This document shows, one piece after another, positions 10,836 to 19,967 of a stretch of 64,000 bases of DNA (the first letter of the stretch is position 1; each line of letters starts with the position of its first letter). The DNA comes from Blastocladiella emersonii ATCC 22665. Taxonomy: Eukaryota; Fungi; Blastocladiomycota. The translations under genes and the position numbers were made by a program. A model generated the notes under the pieces. The model saw nothing but the letters and a program-made list of their open reading frames with translations. It was not told where the DNA came from and did not search any database. Location of the stretch: the NCBI GenBank assembly GCA_025594325.1, contig JANHCV010000011.1, positions 62,001 through 126,000 on the forward strand, in the 5' to 3' direction.

Positions 10836-12065
10836 TCAAGCAGCAACGCGATGGACGACGTGGTAGATGCCCTGCACGTAGTGCTCGAGCAGCGGCGGGC
10901 GGCGATTAAAGTACTGCGAGATCTCGTTGGGATAGATGCAGTTCCGCATGTTTGTGAGGATCACGGCGACGCGATGGTATAAAGCGATGGGCGAGTGGCG
11001 GACACGCAGCAGGCGGTGGTTGTCGAGGTTTAGAAACTGGTTTGTTGTCATGCCAAACGACCACTTGACCGTGACGCGGACACGAGAGAGGGACAAGTTG
11101 TACGCGCCCTGCTCCTGGGTCAAGTTCTCGCGGGCACCAGGGAATGGCGTGCATACCACATCGCTCGCGGTGTATCCCTTGTCGCCAAAGACGATGTACT
11201 GGATTCCAAGCGGCGTAGGCGGAAGCATGCGCAGTGCCTCCTGGAGTCGGCGTTTGGCGAGTACGCAACGGTCGTTTGTTGGACCCAGCTGCGCCTCACT
11301 AAAGTCAAGCGTGAGGCCGTTTGACGCGACCAGCGAGTAAAACTTGAGTGAGTGAATCTGCTTGTACGTGCTGTATACCGCGTGTTGCATGTCGTGATCG
11401 TCAGGTCGCGCGATCTTGCGCAGAGTGCCATCGATAAAGCCAATACAATTGTTCTGCGGCGCGCCCTTGGCCTGGATGGACGCGGCCGTGTCCTCAAGCA
11501 TGGCGGGCGTGAAGGCGCCTGGGTTGAAGTCCAGCAGGTGATCCCAGCGGTCGTGGAACTCGAGGAACAGGTCGTTGAGGATGCGCGAGAGTCGAGACTC
11601 GTCGTACGGGAAGAAGGCCTCGAGGTCAATGAGAGTACCTGGGTGCGCAAGTCGGCGCTGGATCAGGCAGATCGCTTCCACGCGGTCGAGACGTTTGCTG
11701 GGAAGGATCACCTTGGGCTCGGGGAAGACGACCTGGGCGAGGTAGACGATGTGTTGGGGGAAAAGGCGGAACTGATAGAAGCAGTCCTCAGGGGTGAACC
11801 GGCGCAGGTCGAAGCGGCCGCGAAAGCGAGTGCAATTGCGCGCCCTGATCGCGTAGAAGGCGTCGCGGTTCTCGATATTGACCGCGAGTTGGTGCTCGTA
11901 CAGGAGCTGAAGCTGCTCTGCTCAACGCTGTCCGTGAAGTTGAACAAGGCCGCGCAGCTGCAGCATGAGCTGCAAGACCTCAAGCAGGTCGCAGAGAGCT
12001 TCTAGGTCCTTGAGGTCAAGGTCGAGGTCCATTTCACCAAGTGCGAGAGCTCCATCAGCTGCCAT
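10836..12065 (-). pseudogene. Harbinger-type DDE transposase (DDE_Tnp_4-like) with premature stop
   Basis: IGFIDGT, GPTND, IVFGDKGY and SRVRVTV(K)WSFG (catalytic E to K). The frame continues upstream to the ATG at 12065 through one TGA (11912-11914). Confidence 0.9.
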
Positions 12066-12576
12066 TTTGTTTTATTAGGGGTGCGGGGGTGGAGAGGCGA
12101 GCGGGAAGCTCAAGGTCCAGGTCCGGGTCGCCACGATCTGGCGCGGTGAAAACCAGTTTTGGGCGGTCACGTGACCCAAAACCCGGGTTTCAAGTTGGGG
12201 ACCACGACTTCCGCAACTCCTCTATTGTTGAAACCACCACAGGAGGCTCCTACTGCTCCTCTCCATGCTAGCACGCTAGCCAATCAGTCCTGTTGCTGGT
12301 AAAAGGGCGCATCCACAACTGCTGCAGCCGGTCCTGCCAACCTTGGTGGGTCATTATCATCACCTTTTTGCACAAAGCTGGCTGGCGCTGCCAAGCCCTC
12401 CCCCCCCCCAACCATTGCTTTTCCTACAGTTTGGATCTGACGTGGCACCCAACATCAACTAAACAGGCGCCAAGAGTGATTCCCTTTTTCTTTCAGGACC
12501 TCCCGTGGCTGACAAGAATACTCACCTTTCCCTGCAAACTCAACCAAGGTATACCCCGAGGGGTTCGGCAAAACGT

Positions 12577-12648
12577 TGCCGCCTGGGAGGATCGAACACC
12601 CGGCCTTTGCTTTACGAGAGCAACGCTCTACCACTGAGCTAAGGCGGC
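12577..12648 (-). tRNA. tRNA-Thr(CGT)
   Basis: GCCGCCT/AGGCGGC acceptor; TAGCTCAGTGGTAGAGC D arm; anticodon arm TTGCT-CTCGTAA-AGCAA. Confidence 0.94.
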
Positions 12649-13140
12649 CTGCGTTCTGGGAACTATTTAGCATTATATAGATAGTATAAGATTTTGAAGT
12701 TATCTGAACACAAAAGGTCGCGTCAAAGAGCGCGGTCAAGAGCAAGCACCTGCTGTAGGGATAGAAACGCTGTAGCGGATTTGTTTTTGTCCGATTCCCC
12801 AACATGGGGGAGCCTTTCCGCACGTGGTCTTGAGAGAGGGGAGGAGCGGAACTTGGATGACTGGGGGCAAGCAGGCAGAGAGCGGTGAGAGGCAGATGGT
12901 CAGTGCAAAGAACGAAAATAAAATGCTCAGGGAGAAGAATTGAGCTACCAAAAGGACTGACTTCTAAGAAAGTTCCTGCCAATTCCAGGAATTTCTGCAT
13001 AGCTGTAATTTAACCAGAACCTCCTCATCCAAACGCAAGGGCACTAGATGTTACTCCATCACCAGGATATACCCTCTACTCATGTGTGCCAAGAAAAAAT
13101 ATATTTCCAGTCTGGGTTTTAGTTAGTGCAACGTGGCAAT

Positions 13141-13448
13141 GGGTGTCAATCATAACCCCGTTTTTGAGCTGCGAAGAAAGCAGGAAGTTGCCGCGCAAGT
13201 GAAGGTGCTTGTTGCGCCATCACCTTGCTGCATTTTTACTTAGCTGGCTTCAACCAAGTGTGCGAGTTACAGGTTTGTTTAATAAAATGATTGCCAAGCA
13301 TTTATTTCACCCACCAAAAAAGTCCCAGCGCTGAAGCTGCGTTGCTCAGCGAAGGGGAGCTGATTTTCGCACGCGGGTGGGGCTGCAACCTGCGCTGCCG
13401 CTCACGTGGCACCTTACCTGCCTGAAAACGGGGTTTTGATTGACACCC
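13141..13448. mobile_element. MITE, 308 bp (mirror 51437-51744)
   Basis: 24-bp TIR GGGTGTCAATCA(T/A)AACCCCGTTTT (23/24 match); AAT on both flanks. Confidence 0.85.
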
Positions 13449-14549
13449 AATGGCGTCCCCACTCCAACTTACAGCACTCTATAGGCCTGCGGATGCCGTG
13501 TCCAGCGCGACCCACCCTTCGCGTCCAACTTTGGCATCAGTTTGAACGTTCATGGCTGGCTGTCGGTTTCCCTTGTGCGCCAACTATTGCACCAGTTCCA
13601 AGGTTGTGAGTCGCCGTTGACCAGCTCAGACCACGTGGAATTGCGGACAAGATCAACTCATTCAAAGTCAAGGATCTCTTTCAGATTAGTCAAAGCGCGG
13701 CGTATCTCGCGATGGTTAATGTCTTGCAGCCAGGTGCAGCAGTGGGAGACATTGGTGCGCTTCCACTCCAGCACGCCACTCACCTCAAAACTGACTCAGC
13801 AGATCGCCTAGTCATACGAACAGTATAGGAATTTTCATCAGAGGCAGTGGAAACTAATGCATGGAGTTGGAGCGCTAGAGCTCGAGTTGGAGTCAGAGTG
13901 CATGAGGCAGAGATTGGAGCAGTCAGTTGGTGACGCGTCTCCCACTGCTGCGCCACCACCCTGCTGCGCCACCCGCTATGCCACCACCGTCCTGTTCAGA
14001 GCCTCGCGGCCAAATCAAGCTGGTCGTGGAGTCAGAGGCGCGAAACCGTCCAAGCTGGAGCTTTAATGCACTGAGTAGTAGCCAGAAGCGTTGGAAATGC
14101 GGAGGTAGAAGGGCGGATATTGGAGGGCTCAGCAACAGAGAGAACTGGAGTACTGGTGGTCAGAGCGGGAAGAGAGTAGTGTCAGAATTTTTTTCTTAGG
14201 GAGAGCCAAAGATATTGCCGGAAGTTGGACAGTCAGGGTTACAATCAAATTTGGAGAACAAGGGGTCGTAGCTTTGAGGTTGTAGCTGGAGTCGGAGGCG
14301 GGAGCATCACGTGGAGAACAGCACAAAGTTGAGTTTACTGATAGCCCAGCTTCAAGCCGAATTCAGTTTGGGAGAAACTCAGCCTACTGCTGAGAACATG
14401 CACAAACGAGTCGCGGCATGGAACACCAGCCATCAAGGGCTGCGAGCGGCTGAAGAATTAGTGGGAACGAAGCTGAGGTTTGCTCTCAAACTCTGGTACC
14501 GCGCTCGGCTGCCTGAGAAAAGTGAGGGACTCGAGTTGCGCGCGGGCCC

Positions 14550-14703
14550 TTTATATTTTTATTTTATTGTTATATTTTTCTTTTTCTTTTTTATTTTTCT
14601 TTTTATTTTTATTTTTATTTTTATTTTTATTTTTATTTTTTTTTATTTTTTTTTTTTTATTTTTTTTTTTTTTATTTTATTTTATTTTATTTTTTTTTTT
14701 TTT
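14550..14703. repeat. T-rich (TTTTTA)n / poly-T tract (mirror ~50183-50335)
   Basis: ~150 bp almost all T with interspersed A; the terminal T run differs by one base between arms. Confidence 0.95.
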
Positions 14704-14773
14704 GGCCCGCTCCCTGTGCATTGCGGTGCTGCCGCTCACCCCTCATCCAGCTAACGCTTGAAGTCCAGTACTG

Positions 14774-14792
14774 GACTTTCCGCAACTCTTCT
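14774..14792 (-). mobile_element. Solo TIR related to the Pangu-like element (mirror 50094-50112)
   Basis: GACTTTCCGCAACTCTTCT versus element end GACTTCCGCAACTCCTCT; no partner end found. Confidence 0.55.
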
Positions 14793-16223
14793 AGTCAGCT
14801 GGAAGGAGGAAGTGGGGACAGGAAGCTGTCGCTCTCCCAACGCAATGCAATAAAATATACTCACTCATTTATGTAACCGCGCCCCACTACCTGAAACTGC
14901 TTGGGAGCGGAGCGTACCTTGCCCCTGCCAATTACCAGCACTTGGCTTGCCCTCTTGCCTGAGTTGCTCAATGGCTGCCCCGCCAAGATGGCTGCTGATC
15001 TGAGCTGCACAGCTTTTTTACTGGCAGGTGGAAAGCCTCTACTCTGCTTAGTGTGAAGTCTATGGCTTGAGCCTTACCAAGCATTTGTGCAGAGCCCAAT
15101 GTGGCACGCCAAAGTTGACAGCACCAGTAAAACTTGATGCAGCACACCAGGAGACCACACTGTTGCAGCATTGCATTTGCAACATTAAGGAAGCTGTGGC
15201 CAACACCTAACACATCACTGCCACCATGTGCAAGTAGGCCAGCCAATCTACACAAACCAGCTCTTAAACATTGACCTTCACAGCACATTGCGTTTGACAG
15301 TGCACTGAGCAGGTGATGGATGCCATACGGGTTGCAATGCATGAGCTGGGATGTTGTGTGGCCACACTTTTTGCTGACCCCACAAACGCTAAGGGAATCG
15401 CACCACTTACTTGTCTTGATGCTGCACAAGACTTCTGTGTATGAGATGGTCACGTGTAGCTGCAGATGGGATTCTTGCAGTGCCATGTGCAGCTGTGCAA
15501 GGGGGATCTGGGCAGTGAGTGAAGCCTGCAGCAAGCTTGCACACACAGTTGTCAAGCACAAAGCCTACCTCCACGCGCCTGCCATGGAGCAGGAAGTGTA
15601 CTGCACCAAATTGGCAGACAGGGTATGGGTAAAGGTCAGGGTTCCAGGGGTGGTTGGATGGGCAAGTATTACGTGGCAAAATAAATGATCATCTTCCACA
15701 AGGACCAGGCGGATTGCCCCTCTGGTTGAAGTAGTTCCAGACACAAACACAAGCACAAACACATGTGTGCAAGACAAGACACCAGTGGCATCACATTCAC
15801 ATGCGCCACAGTTCAGATGGCTGCATTGCTCCATGAAACAGTAGAGAGTGGCAAAGAAGGCAGCACAACAACCACCTTGATGAAGCTGGCAGAGTAGGTA
15901 CACCTGTGATCATGCCTGTGGTTCCTATTCCTTTCTTGTATGACGTTCTGGATGACAACAGGATGGAAACAATGACTGACAGGAGCGAATGAGAGGCGAC
16001 CAATTAAGGCGGTGGTCAAAAACCGTCACAGCGGAAGTAGGTATTGTTTGTGCTGCAAGCAATTGGATAGAACCTGTCACTGCAATCCAGAAAAGCACAT
16101 ATTTACCCAACACACACACATCTTGCCGTGTCGGCGAAAGATACACTTACGCTAGCTTCCTTCAATAAATAGAGGGTTTAAAGGCAGGCAGTTGCAAAAA
16201 CACATCTTGGTGGGCGGCAAAAG

Positions 16224-16295
16224 TGGAGGAGCCGAGGATCGAACTCGGGGCCTCTCGCATGCGAAGCGAGCGCTCTACCACTGAGCTACACCCCC
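16224..16295 (-). tRNA. tRNA-Ala(CGC)
   Basis: GGGGGTG start; anticodon arm CTCGC-TTCGCAT-GCGAG; CCGAG-TTCGATC-CTCGG T arm; TTTT after the 3' end. Confidence 0.94.
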
Positions 16296-16314
16296 TCTTG
16301 TTTAACTCCTCAAT

Positions 16315-17352
16315 AGAGGATTTCGACAAGTCTCGGGCGGGGCAATAAATGCGTCCAATAAAGCGACGCATTACAGGGCGCATCGGGGACTTTGGCCCTG
16401 CAGTCCCGGGCCCAAGCAGCAATACACGCTCCTGATTTAGCACCTGATGAAGCGCTCTCTGGGCCCTGCCCTGCACTGCACACTGCCCACCTCGCTCCAC
16501 CGCGCCTGCACGACTGTCCACCCTGCGCTTCCCCCTCTTTGACCACAAACGCTAACCTCACAAAAATATGAGGCTCAGGACGGAGCGGCTAGACGTGCAG
16601 CTGTTGCATGGACTGCGGCAGATAGGAGCTTCTCCCTGCAGTAAGCCTGAGGCTGCACAGCGCCTCTCTCCCTGTTGCTTAGCAAGGAGCGCGACGGCTG
16701 AGGCAGCGCAGGCAATGAGTAGAAATGTATGAACGTGTACAAGGGACATGATATCCAGCACACAATCAACTGAGAACAACTGAACAGGATTGCTGCTGCG
16801 CTAGTCATAGCCGAGCAGCGTCACGAGAGCATCACGCTTGCCAGCTGAGACAGTGCGAGTTCCAAGCGCAGCATATAGTACACCATCACGGCCATGATTG
16901 CGTACAGACGTCAAAATCCACCCTTGGGCGCGCTGCAGGCCAACACCCGAGCCTTGTCAACCACGCTGGACAGGCGGTGGCCGCGTAGCTGGCTAGACAC
17001 CACACTGAGTATAAGGACTCGCCCTTGTGGCTACCACGCAGCAAGCAGCGGGCCATGGGATGTCATATGCCGCGTGACACCATGGTCGCAGGCGGCGTAC
17101 AAGGCCCAAGGTCGCTTCTGCAAGACCATGTGTGTGTTGCTGTCAAGCCAACGTCTGTGGCACAAAGCGGTGTGGTGCACATTAGCCCTGCCAGCAAAGA
17201 ATGGCGCAAAATAACAGCATGTGCACGTTGGACAGCCAGAGGTGAAGTGAAAGGTGCAGTGGATGGGCCAGCGCATGACTGGTGTGGTGGTGGAGTGTCA
17301 CAGGCTGAGTCCCAGAGGTCAACTCCCTGGCTGCGACTTTTGTAACTCCTCT
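16315..17352. mobile_element. Putative non-autonomous Pangu-like element, 1038 bp (mirror 47534-48571)
   Basis: Imperfect TIRs AGAGGATTTCGACAAGTC vs AGAGGAGTTACAAAAGTC (13/18); AAT on both flanks. Confidence 0.6.
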
Positions 17353-18497
17353 AATAGGGTTACGCCAATGGAGTTTAAAGTCTTTTCAACTATGCTTCAC
17401 GTCCTACAAAGCTACAAAGCCAGTCCAGTCACTGGAAATAGTTGACAGATCAGCAGTGCGTTGTGAGCAAGATGCAGAATTATTTACAACCTTGTGACAT
17501 GCCCTGACAAACGCATCACCTAGCGCCTACCCCCAATGCAAAACCTTTGCCTCCCACTCCCTTCCTTTCTGGCTGGCCCAGTTGTCTATAGGCAGTATCC
17601 TCCTGTCCTCCTGCTTTGTAGGCAACGTGGCCTGCCCCAGCCATATCAACACCAGGCTGGAACGCCCTCATGTAGCTATATCATGCACTAAACTTAACCT
17701 TGTAAAGTACCTTTTCTAGTATAGGAAAATGTACTTATCACACATGACCAGGGCAAAAAATATATATGCAAATGTGGTCACGCAAACTAAGGCCTGATTC
17801 TACCATGGTTTGTGAACTTGGCCCATCCCCCCACTTAATCCTGACCTTGACCTTGACATTGGCCAGAGCAACTGGGCTTAAGCTCACTGAGCATGTGATT
17901 GAAGCCAACCTCAGGGCGTTGGTGCCTGTTAAGCACTGAACTTTAATTCATTGCAAACCTGGGACCTTGCATATTGATGGAGAGAATATCCAAGGCTTCA
18001 TCATTTTTCACTCTATTGAGTAGTGAATGGCCTGCAGGTCAGCCTGGGCAGCAGCTTCAGGTCCAATTGTTTACAAAACGTTGCGCTAGATTTATCTTCA
18101 CTTGATGATGCGCAAGTTTAGTGCTGCTAATCGTTGGCCGAAGTAATGACCAATTAGGGGTGCTGAGGAGCGAGCGAGCAATTCACAAATTGATGCGCAA
18201 ATTTTCAAAATTGTTGTGCTGGGCTCAACCCCAGTGGTCTCCCCGAAAAAAACCTGGTCCACGTGATTTGGTGGACGCGGCCCTAGCGACCAGTCACCTG
18301 ACCCCACCCAAAGCTCGATTTCCTTTGCGCCTCACCACGAAGTCGCTGCACGGGCTGCGCGTTGCTCATGTCCATCTCCTAAGAGATCCGGACGTTCTTA
18401 CACATGGAGCAACGTTGACGCAGTCTAATGAAGATCGCCGCGACGCAAAAAGGCGCGCGAAGCGCGCAGCGTGGGCTGAAGCTCAGGTCGCCACTGG

Positions 18498-18649
18498 TGT
18501 CACGTGCGCGTTTGGCACGTGCGCTGTGACGTCTCGGATTGTTGAGCCGCCGCTCGCTCGCACTTTGTTCTCGCTCCCTGCTGTTCAACCACATACATCC
18601 TCGTTTGCTAGTCATTGTGTATTCGGCCCTCCCCGGGCGCTCCGTTACA
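18498..18649 (+). repeat. 5' LTR (mirror 46237-46388)
   Basis: TGTCACG...CCGTTACA. Confidence 0.97.
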
Positions 18650-18651
18650 CT

Positions 18652-18660
18652 TTGAACAGC
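18652..18660 (+). promoter_or_regulatory. Self-complementary primer binding site
   Basis: TTGAACAGC is the reverse complement of GCTGTTCAA in the LTR (18580-18588); no TGG-type tRNA PBS. Confidence 0.75.
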
Positions 18661-18680
18661 CTACCCAGTCGGCTCACACC

Positions 18681-19967
18681 ATGAGCTACTCGAACAGGGC
18701 CGCTCAACAGATCGTCGGCGACTGCCCTGTGCTTGCGGAACTCACGCCCGTGCACGTCAAGTTCATGCAGCAGTCGCTCGCGCAGAAGAACCTCAACCCC
18801 GTCCAGGCCGTGTGCATGCTGGCGATGCAGGTTGGCAACCTCAAGTCAGAGCTGCAGCAGCAGCAGGCGACCGTCGTGGAGACGGCGGCGCAGTACAACC
18901 AGATCCAGCAACAACTCGCAGCGGCGCAGCAGCAGGCGCAGGCGGCCGAGGCGGCTCGCACCAAGGCGGTGATTGAGTCGGGCAAGCAGCGCACCAAGGC
19001 GGACGGCGTGCGCGACATGCTCGACCGCGCGCAGGGCCAGCTGACTGCCGAGCTGGCCAAGTCGGTCAAGTCCTGGAACAAGATTGACGAGCTGCACGCC
19101 GCGCTGCTCGCGCTGCACCAGGAGAACACCAAGCGGCGCCCTGACGACTCGCAGCTGTCCAAGGCCACCACGGACCTGCTGACGGCCATGGGCAGCATTG
19201 ACAGTGAGAAGATGTCGCTCAAGGTGGGCCTCAAGCAGTACTTGTCCGCCATCCAGTACTCGCCCGGCGCCGACGAGGCTTACAAGATCCGGCGGTTCCA
19301 GGTCATGCTCTCGGGCAAGGCCAAGAAGACAGTCGGCGCGGCGTTCCACAGGCGTGCAGACTGGGCCGACAACGGCAAGTCGTTTGAGGCGTTTGCCAAG
19401 ACCGTGCGCACGCTGCTGCCGCCCAACAAGCTTCCGCGCGTGTACTTCCAGGAGTTCATGGACCTCAAGTACGTCCGCGGCACGCATGCGGCCGGCACAA
19501 TCATTGACAAGTACCGCCGCCTCATGGCCATGTCGGGAGACATGGTCTCAGAGCAGCTGAGCCGCAAGCACTCCCGCACCGTGGTGCACCCGGCCGTCAC
19601 GCTGGGCGGCAACGCGCAGTTCAACGCCGCGTACGAGGCCAAGGACTTTGAGGGCATGGTCGCGGCCTTTGCGGCCAACGAGGCGTCCGAGGAGTACTTG
19701 ATGCCAGTCGCGCCGCGCCCGTCATTCGCGGCGGCTCAGCCGTCATTCGCGGTCCCGCACCAGGTCGAGGAGTACGCCGGCGAGCCCATGGACATCGGCG
19801 CCGTCACCGCGCGCTGCCCAGGCCAGCACCAGCGTCTTCCGTCGGTGGCGCTGCCACAGCAGTTGCAGCCGAGGCCCCCGGCGGGGTGCTGGACGTGCGG
19901 CGAGATGGGGCACATTGCGCGCCGCTGCCCAAAGAAGCAGGAGTCGGGAAATGGCGGTCGGGCGTAG
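18681..19967 (+). CDS. gag: Gag (428 aa)
   Basis: ATG after the PBS; Q/A-rich coiled-coil-like N-terminus; EPMDIG motif; zinc knuckle CWTCGEMGHIARRC. Confidence 0.93.
   Translation: MSYSNRAAQQIVGDCPVLAELTPVHVKFMQQSLAQKNLNPVQAVCMLAMQVGNLKSELQQQQATVVETAAQYNQIQQQLAAAQQQAQAAEAARTKAVIESGKQRTKADGVRDMLDRAQGQLTAELAKSVKSWNKIDELHAALLALHQENTKRRPDDSQLSKATTDLLTAMGSIDSEKMSLKVGLKQYLSAIQYSPGADEAYKIRRFQVMLSGKAKKTVGAAFHRRADWADNGKSFEAFAKTVRTLLPPNKLPRVYFQEFMDLKYVRGTHAAGTIIDKYRRLMAMSGDMVSEQLSRKHSRTVVHPAVTLGGNAQFNAAYEAKDFEGMVAAFAANEASEEYLMPVAPRPSFAAAQPSFAVPHQVEEYAGEPMDIGAVTARCPGQHQRLPSVALPQQLQPRPPAGCWTCGEMGHIARRCPKKQESGNGGRA

Larger units (their letters stand above)
9094..12223. mobile_element. PIF/Harbinger-superfamily (Pangu-like) DNA transposon, 3130 bp
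   Basis: 34-bp TIR AGAG(A/G)AGTTGCGGAAGTCGTGGTCCCCAACTTGA; ATT on both flanks (9091-9093, 12224-12226); subterminal GTCCCCGACTTG repeats; two convergent genes. Confidence 0.92.

Noticed and set aside
14311-14761. Phe-rich membrane-like ORFs
   Set aside because: Translation of the poly-T microsatellite; length changes between arms with the homopolymer.
14968-15903. Cys/His-rich ORFs in the TG/CA-rich interval
   Set aside because: Composition is explained by CpG decay; no recognisable motif.
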